Under the pieces are notes generated by a model. It searched no databases, was not told the origin of the DNA, and was given only the letters and a program-made list of their open reading frames with translations. Below, piece by piece: positions 39,443 to 52,485 of a stretch of DNA of 64,000 nt. A program made the position numbers and the translations under genes. The stretch lies in the NCBI RefSeq assembly GCF_009914755.1, contig NC_060947.1, one strand, 5' to 3'. Position 1 is the stretch's first letter. Each line of letters begins with the position of its first letter. This stretch comes from the human T2T-CHM13v2.0 reference genome, Homo sapiens.

Positions 39443-40079
39443 TGAACTTCGACCAACAACAAAATCCACCAAATGTTTCTCTCTCAAACAAGAAGAAAAA
39501 TGAGAAATTTGAGAATACTACTCCTTAATATATTATCTACTCAGGTATGTGGCAACCGAAAGTCTCTCCCTGTGAAGGGAGGCGGGGCTGTAGTGGTGGA
39601 ATTGACCAAGACAGAAAAGGCAAATATGCCTCCCAGGTTTTAAGTTTGGGTGATTCCTTGGCTGGCTGTACTAGCAACTCATCTTTTTGACAGGTTTAGT
39701 TGTCAGTTATTTGTAGGATAACAGAAAAGAGATGCCCTACAGATGGTTCTACACATGAGTCTAAAATTCAGGAGCGAGACCAAGTCTGGTGTTGTTTATT
39801 CAGGAATTTTTTAGTATAGTGGAGATAGTTGAAACTATTGAAGTAGGGAATAACAGAGTGAGAAAGGCAGTGGACCAAGGATATAACTATAGGGAGTTTC
39901 AACCTTAAGGGACAGTTATAGAAATATAAACTCCCCCAAAGAGACAAAAAACAAGGAGAAATACAAGGAAAACTAGAGAGGGGTATTATCATGGAAATGT
40001 ATTCGATGACATTATAATGGGAATAGAGTAGAAAGTTTCAAGACAAAAAGGGAAAACAGTCACTCATATTCATCACAAG

Positions 40080-41070
40080 TGAGATGATGAATCACCACAA
40101 CCTTCCTGGGAGTCGATTTGGCATTGTGTGAAAACAACTAGAAAAGATTTACACCCTTGGACCCAATAATTGTCTTGCAATAATTTATTCTAAAGAAATA
40201 ATCCCAAGAAAATTGTCAAGGATTTATGTACAAGGATGTGTGTAGCACCTTTATTTATAATAGGGAAGATTTTAAAATGAGTCAAATATCCAATAGTGGG
40301 GAAATGGCTAACTTAACAATAATTCAGCTACAGAATGTTGTGAAGCAGTAATCAGCATCTTAAAAATATTTAAGGATATGGGAAGATATTTACAAAATTA
40401 TATTAAAAAGTAGGTAAAACCTACCGTACAGAACCGTGTCTACATATATCTATATCTACCTTTCTATGTATTGATAAATATTGTGAAAGTCATCAGAATG
40501 AAATTAGAGTTACTTATTTCCAAATCTTCACAAAATGGATTCAGGAGGCCATGAATTTCTGCGAGGCTGGGGGGAGTGTCCTCACAGATATTTGCCTAAT
40601 AACATGAACTATCACAAAAGACTACAAAAACCACAACATTGCACAAAGGCCACCACAACCTTACACAAAAAAATACTTCTAAAATTATACCTACCAGCAA
40701 CTATCTGTTCAACCTTGCTTGGATTGATGCCACCCTTGTTATTGAAACTTGTAACTACGGATAGTCATTTCAAAACAACTTATGTAACCCTCTTCATTTT
40801 ACCTGTAAAAACCCTTTTATTCTTTTGCCTCTCTGGATATGCTTATGATCCATCATCGCATGCATATCCCAGATTGCAATTCCCTGCATATTTCCAAATA
40901 AACTCTTTTATTTTCTTGGAGAGACTGCCTCTGTACCATTATTTTAGGTTGATATCATGTATGTACTTCAAAACGTTAACAGAGGTTATCACCAATTAGT
41001 GCTGTTACAAATATGGTTTTTCTTCTTTGTACTTCCCTACATTTTCCAAATATTCTGTAATGACCAAATA
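40080..41070 (+). mobile_element. L1ME-type 3' fragment split by an ERV1 LTR
   Basis: aggatttatgtacaaggatg...aaatatccaatagtgggg; resumes after 40954. Confidence 0.6.
40482..40954 (+). mobile_element. ERV1 (MER65-like, MER4 group) solo LTR
   Basis: tgtgaaagtcatcagaat...aactatcacaaaagact...ccaaataaac...ttttaggttgata. Confidence 0.75.
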
Positions 41071-41074
41071 CTGC

Positions 41075-41350
41075 TTTTTTTTTTCTTTGAGACAGGGTCT
41101 TATGCAGAGATACAATCATGGATCACTGCAGCCTTGACCTCCTGGGCTCAATGGGCTCAAGTGAACCTCAGCATCCCTAGTAGCTGGGACTACAGGCATA
41201 CACCACCAAGCCCAGCTAATTTTTCTAATATTTCTAGAGATGGGGTCTTGCTATGTTGCCAGGCTGTCTCAAACTCCCAATCTCAAGCGATCCTCCCACA
41301 TTGGCTTCCCGAAGTGCTGGGATTATAGGCATGAGTCAGTGCACCTGACC
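41075..41350 (-). mobile_element. AluJ-like, internally deleted
   Basis: cactgcagccttgacctcctgggctcaa and ggggtcttgctatgttgcc are AluJ-type. Confidence 0.88.
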
Positions 41351-41399
41351 TATTTTTATACTCATGAAAAAGACATTACATTTTAAAGGGAAAAAGCAA

Positions 41400-42650
41400 T
41401 TAACAGTGTCAAAAACAGAGAGAAGTTTGGTGGCATAAGACCGGAAAATGTATATTAGATTTGGCAACGAGGTCATTATGTATCTTAGGGAAAGTAGTTT
41501 CAGGAGTGGAATGAGAAAGGCGGGTTTCAGAGTTCATGGAGTAAAACTGAGATGGAAAACCCAAGAAAGCCAGTTTTGTTGTGCTTTCAAAAGATCCGAA
41601 AGTGAATGAACAGAGAGAAACTGGACAGGAGTTGAATGGGCTACAAGTCTAAGGCCTTTTAAACCAAAAAGTTCCTTAAGTGTCTATAGACAGAGGGGAA
41701 GGTCCAATAAAGAGGATGAGGAAGAGGTGACTGACAGAGCAAGAACAGGGCAGTTACAGAGGGAGTTTGAGTTGGGCCACAGGTGTGAGTTGGCCTTGAA
41801 CTGGTAAGAAACATTACAAACTTCTAAAACAAACAAAAGTAACTGAAAATCAGTGAGTATAGATATGGTTACAGAGAAATTGAGAGAGACCTTTCTGATG
41901 ACCTCAAGATTTCCACTGATGTAAAGACAGGGTCATCTGTTGAGAATAAAATCAGCAGTTGTTTGGAGAAGAAGGGACTTGAGGTAAATTTTACCTGACC
42001 AGGTAAAATGACCGGAAGAATATACTGAAAGCTCAACCAAACATACAACCATTGCATGTAAACATTTTAAAATATCTCTATCAGCATGAAACTTCTAGGT
42101 AAGAATAAAGTGGTGAAAAAGATAAAGGATAAGAAGCTGTGGTCAGAAAGTGGGAAGCTGATGTGGAGTCCTTTTTTAAGCAATGACAAGATTCAGGGTA
42201 CGGGCTTGTGTGTAGGGAGCTAAAGGAATTGCAAGGCCATTCAGTTGAGTAAGATCTCTCTAGGAATATTAAAATCTCCTGGAATTATGGCAAGAGAGGA
42301 AGATTGAGAGTTGAGCATTTTGATGAGAGAATAGACAACCAGGTGGCAGGCGGACTGGCCGTGATTAGAAGGGATCGGGGGTGTAATACCAGTTGTAGCG
42401 AATCTCTAAGCATGAGATTTTACAAGAAGATGGGAAAATAATGTCTGGAAGCAACATTGATAATGAATTAAAATGCCAGCTCACCTTTTGGATTCAGGGG
42501 GTTAAGGAGCTAGTTATAGTTAAGGCAAGAAGAAAGGGAGCTTTTCTCCATAATCTTAAGATGGACAGGAGTTCGTTAACTATGAAATGAAGTTTCGAGT
42601 AGGATCCGCAGTTGAACAGGGTCAGTAGCTAGAGGAACCAGGAGAAGAAA
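41400..42650 (-). mobile_element. Highly diverged L2 fragments
   Basis: ttagatttggcaacgaggtcatt...gtttcaggagtggaatg; tattaaaatctcctgga. Confidence 0.5.
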
Positions 42651-43134
42651 ACATAGAATGATAAGAGGGTAAAGATGTCAGAGAAAATAGAACAGGTTTA
42701 TTGTTCAGAAGTTAACCAAAGATTACATAGTTGCAAATAAATGGCTTTGGATGCCCTACTTTCCAGCAAGTGGGTACAGGGTGGGAACTGGGTTACTCTC
42801 AGGCAGTATCTGCCCCAACAATATGGTGAGAAAAGTCAAGTACACACATATTCAAAACTATAATAAAACTTGAAGGACCACAGCTCTTTTCTTCATTAAA
42901 AAAAAAAACTCTGGTATATTCTACTTATTCATAGCTATCAAAATCTTCCAAAATTGTTTTAGAAACCTCAAATTTGTGTTCAGAATTAATATTTCATGTT
43001 ATATTTATTTAACATATAATCAAGGCAAAAAGTAATTTTTGAAGAGAAGAATTTAGGTTATTGTTTGAATTTAACTTGTTTTATTTCTTAATGGAAAAAG
43101 ATCGATATCCGTCTTTTTTCATATATTTAACTTA

Positions 43135-43311
43135 GGCCAGGCATGGTGCCACATGCCTGTAGTCCCAGCTACTCAGGAGGTTCAGGCAGGAGGAACGCTT
43201 GAGCCCAGGAGTTCAAGGTTGCAGTGAGCTGTGATGGTACCATTACACTCCAGCCTGAGTGACAGAGCACAATCCTGTCTCTTAGGGGGGGAAAAAAAAG
43301 GGCGGGGGGGG
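43135..43311 (+). mobile_element. FRAM/FAM-type Alu monomer with a G-rich tail
   Basis: ggccaggcatggtg...gcttgagcccaggagttcaaggttgcagtgagctgtgat...cctgtctct. Confidence 0.85.
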
Positions 43312-43329
43312 AACCAACCTTAACCTTAT

Positions 43330-43775
43330 TCCTCTGTTTGGAAAATGCTTCTTTGCAGCTCTGCCCTGCACGTGTGACCTAGGCCTGGCCTATCAGCTGT
43401 GCAGACACCAGACTTTGAATCAGAAGCCAAGGGGACAAAGAAGCCATGCTGAGACAGAGGCATTTCTTTCTGGCAGTAATAGCCAGTGGGATGCAATGTT
43501 ATGAGTCCCGTAGGCAAGAGCTCAATGTTGGCTACACAGACTCTTGGGTGTAGTACAGAGCATGACTGTATTGTTGTCCTGATACTAGTGATGCAGGGTG
43601 GTGATGCTTCAGTTTCGGCCCATGCAGCCTTCCTTTCTTTTCACTTCTTTCTGAGCCTATTTTCAAATCCTGCCAGTGATCCTAAGACTTACTTAATGAT
43701 CTTTCAATACATTCATTTTTTCTTAAATCAGCCAGGGTTGGCTTCTGGCGCTTGCAAATATAAATTTGACTGAAA
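43330..43775 (+). mobile_element. Old MLT1 (MLT1K/L-like) LTR
   Basis: 3' end cttaaatcagccagggttggcttctggcgcttgcaa...tgactgaaa. Confidence 0.5.
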
Positions 43776-43809
43776 TGGAGCTTTTGAACAAACTATAATA
43801 CTTACTGCC

Positions 43810-44380
43810 AATTACTGAATATTCCGAACATAAGCTTACCCGGCGGCCCAGCAACTTCACTCCTAGGTATAAACCCAAGAGAATTACATACATGTCCTAG
43901 AACTTTTAGCGCATCATTATTAAATGACAAAAACTGGAACCAAGCTATATGTACAACAACGTTTGTTTATTAAATGAAATGAATATATAAAGTGTGACAA
44001 ACTCTTACAACAGAATAACTCACAGCAATGACAATGAGGAACTACTGCTATTTCAACAATATGGATGAATCTCACAAACCAAATGTTAAGCAAAAGAAGC
44101 CAGATAACAAAAAATACATACCTGTTAGTTCCATTTATATAAAATTCAAAAACATGCAGAATTGTATTATGATACTAGAAGTTAGGGTCATATTACCTTT
44201 GGAGAAGGAATAGTGACTAGGAAGGGGCACAGAATGGGGGCTTCTGGGTTGCTGGAAATGTTCGATTCCTTAATCTTTATGGTGATTATGCGTGTGTGTG
44301 TTTCCTTTTTGATAATTCAAACAGTATTCTTATGATTGGTGAACTTTTCTGATTGTAGTTATCAATAAAAACACTGACTG
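43810..44380 (+). mobile_element. L1ME-type 3' region
   Basis: cactcctaggtataaacccaagagaa; atggatgaatctcacaaac; ggggcttctgggttgctggaaatgttc. Confidence 0.8.
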
Positions 44381-44679
44381 AATAAAATAAACTAAGGCTC
44401 AGAGAGATCAAATAACTGCCCCCAATATCATCTAAATGGCAAGCAGTTAGCCAGGCTGCCTGACTCTCAATCCCTAGCTCTTATGATTGCCACAAAAGTC
44501 TTGTGAGGAAGACATTACCAGCATCATTGAGTGAAGAATCTGAGGTTCAGAGAATTAGGCATCTTGCCCACATCTCAAAGCCAGTCAGTAGTTAATGAGC
44601 CATAATTTGTGTATACCCAGATTCTATATGCTTTCAATTCGCCATGCAGTTTTCCTGAAAGTGGAAAAATAGATGACAA

Positions 44680-45030
44680 TGGTGACATAGAAATAGAACA
44701 TATACAACCTTTATCTACTGCTGATATGGGATGAAGTCCATGATATACTCACACAAAGTCAAACAAGCAGGTTACAGAGTAATATGTATGGCAAGCTACC
44801 ATTTGTGTAAAAGTTGAAAAGTTTTCTGTATGTATGTGTGTGTGTGTATTGTCTCTCATAAGCACTGAATATCTTCAGAAGGATTCCCAAGAAACTGGTA
44901 ACACTGATTGCCTCTGGGGAGGTGATCAAGGTAGCCGAGGGACAAAGATAGAAGAGAGAATTTCACTGTAGACCATTTAAATCATTTAAGTTTTGAAAGA
45001 TGGGAATGCATTGTTATTTAAAATACATTT
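44680..45030 (+). mobile_element. L1ME4-like 3' fragment
   Basis: aagaaactggtaacactgattgcctctggggagg. Confidence 0.6.
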
Positions 45031-45249
45031 AAAAATCTTAATTCTACCTACAACCACATGTAGAGCTTCCCAGAGGAATGGATAATCAGTACTTAGAGGT
45101 AAAGCGCTCAGGACTTTCAAGGACTCAGTTTATGTGTTAACTTTGGTTGAACACTTATTTTCGTTGTGTTTCACATTCTTAATCTGATAATAAGGTAAGA
45201 TACGTCTTAGCCACTTCTTGGCATTTTGGGAAAGTCATTGGCACAATAG

Positions 45250-45463
45250 GTGAGTATAAAAATGTGTACATATGGACAAAGAATCTGGAATAATAGACAT
45301 TGGAGATTCAGTGGGGTGGGAGGGGGATGAGAAATGAGAAATTACTTAACAGGTACAATATACATTATCTGGATGATGGATACACTAATAACCCATACTT
45401 CACCACTACACAATTGTATCCACATAACAAAACTGAACTTGTACCCCTTAAATTTATACAAAT
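45250..45463 (+). mobile_element. L1MA-type 3' end
   Basis: gagaaattacttaacaggtacaat...acttcaccactacacaat...cttgtaccccttaaatttatacaaat. Confidence 0.8.
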
Positions 45464-45857
45464 GGCATATCACTAGAAGGAACGTCATTGCCTTCTTCTT
45501 TGTTTTCTTTCTCTCCCTTCCTAATTCAGTTTAACCACTGATTTTTTATATCTAATCCCTCCTTATTCCAGGCATCTCAAACACAAGTTGTCCACAATGG
45601 GAAAAGCCTATGACACTTTCAAGGTATACATCCCTAGACTTCAAATTTTATGTGTGCAACCAAATTTTGAAAGGTTTAGAGCCTGGGCAAGGGTTCCTTT
45701 ATGTGTCCATCATGAGAAAGAATAAGAGTTATGTGAAGTACAGGAAATCTGCCCTTAGGAGAAGTCCATCAACATAATTCTAAGCATAATGAATTCATGG
45801 CCTGAGTATAATAAGAAACTCTGCCCGTAAACATTTAGTATTTAGAAAGACTCTTAC

Positions 45858-46216
45858 CTTTATTTTGTCCTGACATTTGATCCCCAGAGCTATCACAGCC
45901 AGAGGGTTAATCTCTTGACAACATACTTTATTAGAGAACTCAAGAAATGGCCTATACTTTGGAAAACTCAGTATGCATTATTTTGGTTTTTCAAGTCATC
46001 AGTTAATGGAACAGTATATGTGGAGGCAAACAATAAGCACCACTAGAAATTAATCATCCTTATTCAGCATTTGGCATTAATTTGTTTTCAGATAATTCTA
46101 TGTCCTAATTGCCTCAAACCTCCAATATACAAGGATCGGTCTTTACCTCCTAGATCTGTTTACAGCTCTCTTTTTTCATTCAACAATCCTGCAAATAGTT
46201 TCACACGTTTACGTAA
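45858..46216 (-). pseudogene. Two candidate fossil exons (46164-46216, 45858-45951) joining to LRKRVKLFAGLLNEKREL|PFLEF(fs)LIKYVVKRLTLWL
   Basis: cattcag|TTA...CT|gtaaac and tatag|GCC...AAG|gtaaga; phase 2 matches; one 1-nt frameshift restores an RGS alpha2-alpha4 pattern. Confidence 0.55.
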
Positions 46217-46569
46217 CTGAATGCATGCACAGATAAAAATATGTTTGAGAGAGACCAGTATGCTCATTAACAAAATGTGTATGCAGCCATTTTTTAAATG
46301 ATGCTGAATGGGAACTGAAATGTTTCAAGGACATCAAAAGCAATTGGAAAGCCTATTTGAATTGATGAAGCTCTTTGTGGAAAAATATGTGTCAAGATTG
46401 AACAGTCATAGTGGCAGAGTTTTAAAAACTATACTGCCTTATCTTTTTGAGTATTGCTTTGACATTTTAAAGTATGGACCAATGATATTGCTGGAAATTG
46501 ATTTGTTAATATTTTACACTTCTCATAATTTCCATTTTCTTTTTTCTTTAAATATGTGATTTTAAAGAT

Positions 46570-46657
46570 TTGTTCATTCTTTTAAACATTTATCTCGTGG
46601 TATAAGATATATACAGTAAAGTGCACAGTGCACAAATCTTAAATTTACAACTCTATC

Positions 46658-46692
<35 letters not shown>

Positions 46693-47430
46693 CAGAATAA
46701 CCACCACTCAGTTCAAGACACAGTATATGTAGTATATTTCCAACATCACAGAGGGCTCCCTCTTTGCTCTTGCCACTCGTACCATACTTCCAGAGGTAAC
46801 CACTATTTTTGCCCATTATTGAACCTCATACAAATAGAATCATAAAGCACCTACTCTTTTGTGTCTTGCTTTCTTGGCTCTTCATTATGTGTGTGACAGT
46901 AATCCACATTGTTGAGCATAGTAGTAGCTCATTATTTCTTATTAGAGAGTAGTATTCTACTGAATGAATATACCACAATGTATTTATTCATTTTATTGTT
47001 GATGGACATTTGAGTTGTTTCTAATTTAAGGCTAGCATGAATTAAACTGCTAAGAATATTCTCATATCTGACCCTCACACTCATTTTCTTGGGTATAAAT
47101 GTAAGAGTGGAATTGCTAGGCCATAGAATCAGCATTATGCTTAGCCTTAATAGATATTGCTAGATGTTTTTCCAAAGTGGTTGTATGAATTTAGACTTCT
47201 GGCAGCAATGGATGAGAGTTCCAATAGTCCCTCGTCCTTGCCGATACTGAGTATTCTCAGTGTCTTCAATTTTAGGTAGGTATTTAACAGTATCTCTTCA
47301 AGATTTTAAGATGCACTTCTTTAAGGAGTAATAGTATTGATAATTTTTGGATATGCTTTTTGCCCACTTGGATAGCTCCTTTTGTGAAGTAATAATTCAA
47401 ATTTGTTGCCATTTTCTAATCTTCAGCATT
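46570..47430 (-). mobile_element. L1ME-type 3' region containing (CA)n at ~46659-46690
   Basis: agtaaagtgcacagtgcacaaatcttaa; ttgatggacatttgagttgtttc; ttccaaagtggttgta. Confidence 0.85.
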
Positions 47431-47764
47431 CTTAATGTGTTTTATAACATTTGTGATCCAGTACGTTTCCCTCAAAAGCATAGAGTTAATTGGGAAAAAA
47501 ATCAACTTGAAATACATTCACTTTATAACAAATCTGCTATTTGTATGTATCTGTGTCAGAGAGAACATGAGAGTATGTTTACCACCTAAAAATAATTTGT
47601 GAAAAACTTGCATTATCTTCTATAATTATTCATTCCTCTTAATTAAAAGCTTATTCTGCCATTATAAAAATGAACCAGAACTTCCTGCCTTTCTCTTTTT
47701 ACTTCTAGTGCCTGAGATCATGACGTAGAACCTTAATTTGGTAATTCATCATTATTGACATTAA

Positions 47765-48217
<453 letters not shown>

Positions 48218-48526
48218 TAACAATAACAATACTAATAACATGAAAGACACTTTTAATTCTTCAAAGCCAGTTTACGTACATTATTTTGACCAAAACTGGC
48301 AATGACCTGTGACAAGGGTGAGGTGGGTATAGTACTCACAATGTAAAGTTGAAGAAAGTAAGGTACCAAAAGCTTAAGTGGCTTTGTATAAAAACATGTT
48401 CCTTCATTTCAAGAGTTCTGATACATAACTATAATGAGATATTGGTCTTGCAATGAGCCATTCTCCTTTGCTATCTCAATTTACTTCTCTGTTGAAACAA
48501 CAATGAATGTCCTCTCTGTAACTCAC

Positions 48527-48681
48527 CCCCAGTAGTCACAGATCAAATCAATGAACAATTGATTCAAGTTTTGTCTTGAGTTAAATCCAACCATCTCAAA
48601 ATGTGCACAAGATTGAATATTCTTTAGTGGCTTGTGACATCAACTGAACAACTTGAGTGAATTACAGCTGCCATGTCCCCT
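48527..48681 (-). pseudogene. Candidate fossil exon ending KPLKNIQSCAHFEMVGFNSRQNLNQLFIDLICDYW
   Basis: Strong donor GGG|gtgagt and a 35-codon open stretch; acceptor weaker. Confidence 0.35.
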
Positions 48682-49639
48682 CTAGGGCTATCTATTATCC
48701 AACATGTCTTATTTAATTTTCGGTTTCAGGCAGGCAAATTGACCATGTATACTTGCTTGTGTCAGTAGCTAATTTTAGATCACTAATCTAATTGGAAATG
48801 GCATGCCCCTTTAGCTTGTCATGTAAAAATTCACATTTTCTGATTAATGTGATTCATTTATATTAGATTTGACTTGACAGAATGGCAATGGGTAATACAG
48901 GAGGCAAGTATGACAGAATTTCTCTCTCTCCCACTCAGTCACACTCTTTATAAATGATCCAGTCAAGGCATCAGCCTACAGTGTTTTCCCTTTAATGTGA
49001 TAAATTTTGAACTCACGCCTATTTTAATGTGGCTTCCTTGGTGTTCTCTCACAAGTAGGATAACTCTTATCAGAAAAGTGACAGTTTTATCCACACTCCT
49101 ACATTTACATTCATTTGTGGCAAAAGGAAAAACTGATATGATAGAAATGTTGCTCTTTTGTTACTGTTGTTCTGTGTCTACGCTTGCGTCCGAACTGCTT
49201 TCAGGTTGGATAGAGTAGGGAATTCATTTTAAAAATGCAACTTAAAGACAATAGTAGGAATTATAAATTATATAAGCGGGATGTGATTAAATTAGTCTGG
49301 AAAAAGTAAGAATTGGTAAAATGAGTTGCAACTAAAAATAAAATAAAATGTTCAAAATGACTGAAAAAGAAAAACCATATCAAGTTAGGAATTCTTGTTA
49401 TTAAAAAAACACACAACTTTACTTAAAATAAATTATGACATGTTTATACTCTAGACCCTTCTCTCTTATAATTTTTACTATAATAATTTAATTACTAATT
49501 TTCAGAGGAATTGAAGGTTTCCTTTTATCTATTTTCTTTCAATTGGATAGAAAAAGAATATTCTGCCTATGTAGCATTGCTCAGATTCAGCCTTTAAAAT
49601 ATCAATATGCCTCATATCTGTCTCCTCTCCATAACTAGA

Positions 49640-50390
49640 TTTCTTAAGAAATTTCTAGTTTTTCTTGAAGTAATTTTGTTCAACGTTTTGCCCCATTCAC
49701 TTAGACAATCTGCTTTGGCTAAGGTAACCAGTGACCCACAATCCTTCATTGGTAAACTTACCTGTAGCATCTTTCACTACCAAATAATTCTTAATGTTCT
49801 TTTGCTAGTTTTTCTTTCCCTCACTGAACTGTGAATATTGACCCAAGGACTCTTGGCCATTTCTTTTTTTAATTGTACGTGTTGTTTCTAGGTTATTTTC
49901 TTTTTAGCCTGGCTTCAACTACCACCTGTATGCTACTTCACTCACTCATTTTTCTGTCTGGCCTAAACCTCTTTCTATAACTCTAATATATGTAATTATA
50001 ATCTTTATATTCACTTTCATACATATATATCCTGCTTCCTACCAGGATATAATATAGGCACTGGTGAGTCGGTATATTTTCATTGAACTCATTATTTCTG
50101 CTACCCCATATGCTTCCTATACTTCCTACTGAACTGGATAACATCACTCAAATTTATGAATAACAAACAACTGAGCATCATCCTTGACTCTATGATTTGC
50201 TTTTTTCCTAATACCTGATTCACTGACCTTATCTTCCTTTCCAACCCTTCTTTTTCATTCCCACTGTCAACTTACTTGACTCTTGCCAGAGTGTCCTAAC
50301 TTGTCTCTGTCTATCCACTTTTTCCCTCTTGAGTTTCCTCTCCACCCTTCATCCATAATTCCTTTTCTGTAATAGAGATATGATATGCCA
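49640..50390 (+). mobile_element. Diverged L2
   Basis: ctttggctaaggtaaccagtgacc; ggcttcaactaccacctgtatgct. Confidence 0.6.
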
Positions 50391-50391
50391 T

Positions 50392-50659
50392 ATTTACTAT
50401 TAGTGAAGCTTCCAGCAGGAAACAGGAGGCACGCTAAGTTGGAATGGTGAAGAGAATGAAATGAAATGACTTTTTACAGAATGTGGGGAGGGCTGAAGGA
50501 GCCAGCAAGGGATACCGGGGCACTCAGGAACCAGCAACACCAGGAAGCTGTTACCATCCCTAGACCTATTAGACCCAGATGAGAGCTGGAGCCACAGAAG
50601 AGACGAAGTCTAATAGGCAGGTTGTCATATGTCACATAACTGCTCTCAGAAATGTGATG

Positions 50660-50700
<41 letters not shown>

Positions 50701-50890
50701 TTCATGCTCAGTAATCTCTTGGTGGAGCTTCCCATCCATTGGCCAAACCCAAAGAGGAACTAAACAGTCAGAGAGGCAGTGTGATGAATTCCATGGAAGT
50801 CAGCTTTCCCATCCCACCTCCTAGGACACAAAGTAGGGCTTACAATGGTGGGGAATTGTTGAGGGATAAAGGCAAACCCGGAATGACCAC
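50392..50890 (-). mobile_element. ERVL solo LTR (LTR33-like) with internal (CT)n
   Basis: cagcaggaaacaggaggcac...gaagctgttaccatccctagacct...cccatccattggccaaaccc. Confidence 0.6.
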
Positions 50891-51483
50891 ACATTATCTT
50901 AAAACTTACTTCCTCAAGTATAAAATGTCTTACAAAGTTCTTTAAAATCTAATTCTTTCTCCACTTCACCCTTGCTAAGCAAGGAAACCTTCAATTCCTC
51001 TAAGAATTAGTAAAAAACTATAAAAGAGAAGTGTATAGAGTATATATATCTGCCTTTATGGGAATACAAAATTGTGAAGAATGCTTAAAGAAACACCTCA
51101 TTTTATACGGAGTAATGAAATCTCCTTTAGATCTTTAAGAACAATTAGCCACATTAGACGATATTTATGTTCTAGTTTCTATTTAGCACTCCCAACTTAG
51201 GTCACTAGCAGTAAAGTGCAATGGATAATTATAGTACGTTTTTTGGTTTTGAGTCTTAAAGCTTCATCAGATCTGAAATCAGAAGACTTGTGTTCAAGTT
51301 CTGGTTCCACCACTAACTGGCTCTGTGACTTTCTGTGTTTGAGAATTTTGTTTCCCACAAAGCAAATATTATATTCAAGCGTTCTGGGTCTGCATAATGA
51401 AGATTACTCATACCCATGAAATATTCTTCATTTTCTTTACTCTAAGTATCAGAGAATTTATCCCAATTTACTCTTTTAGGGTT

Positions 51484-51830
51484 GTATTAGTTGATTGGGG
51501 CTGCCACTACAGAGTTCCACAGGCTTGGTGGCTTAAACGACAGAAAATTCTTTTCTTACAGTTCTGGAGGATGGACGTCCAAGATCAAGGGTTGGTTTCT
51601 TCTGTGGCCTGTCTCCTTAGCTTGTAGATGCCACCTTCTTCCTGTATCTTCATCTGATATTTCTTGTGTGCATGTATCTGTGTCCTAATCTCTTCTTTTT
51701 ATAATGATACCAGTTACATTGGATTGTGGCCCACCTTAATTTTAATTTAATTATCTCTTTAAAGGCCCTATCTCCAAACATAAGGGTTTAGGGCTTCAAC
51801 ATATGAATTTTGTGTGGAGGTAGAGGGGGA
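51484..51830 (-). mobile_element. MLT1A-like solo LTR
   Basis: tgtattagtt...ggtggcttaaacgacagaaa...ggcttcaacatatgaatttt. Confidence 0.85.
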
Positions 51831-52459
51831 TAGAAAAAGGATTCTCCTTTTTCACGTATGGCATAGACCTCTTTTTAAATACTTTCGAGTGAGAATACGC
51901 CAATGCATGCAGGATTTTACTGATTCATACTTCAGAATGACTAGAAATATTCATTCACAAACATCCAGACTGCTATGGTTCAGACACTGTGCTAGATATT
52001 GGGGACTCAAAGTCAAATAAGATAGGGCTCCTGTTTTTAAAGAATCTGCATTCTCTCCCATTCTTAAAGAATCTGCATTTTAAGAGAGGGGAAGGGACAT
52101 GTAAAAATATGGGTCATTAAAATATGAGAGTTACAAGAGAAGGATGTTCTGGGAAGAGTGAGATATAGATGAGGAAATGGTGGAGAGGTGATGACGGTTT
52201 AGAAGAATCTTCACAATTTTGTATTTCCATAAAGGCAGGTGATCACTGCATTCTGTAATTTCATTAGACAGTAATTAATGTACTGGTTGACCATTAATGA
52301 TTAGTAAAATGATTTCGGCTGCCTGATACTCAACAAAACAAATGAAAATTATTCATGGTTGATACCACATATATAATATTGTACTATTAAATATTTTCTG
52401 TTTGAGAATTTTGTCTTTCCTATTTACCCCTAGATTTTGGAGTTGTCAATATTATTGTA

Positions 52460-52485
52460 GTGTGTGTGTGTGTGTGTGTGTGTGT
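52460..52485. repeat. (TG)n microsatellite
   Basis: About 13 TG units. Confidence 0.95.

Noticed and set aside
40535-41328. 154-aa and 123-aa ORFs
   Set aside because: Lie within an ERV1 LTR and an antisense AluJ.
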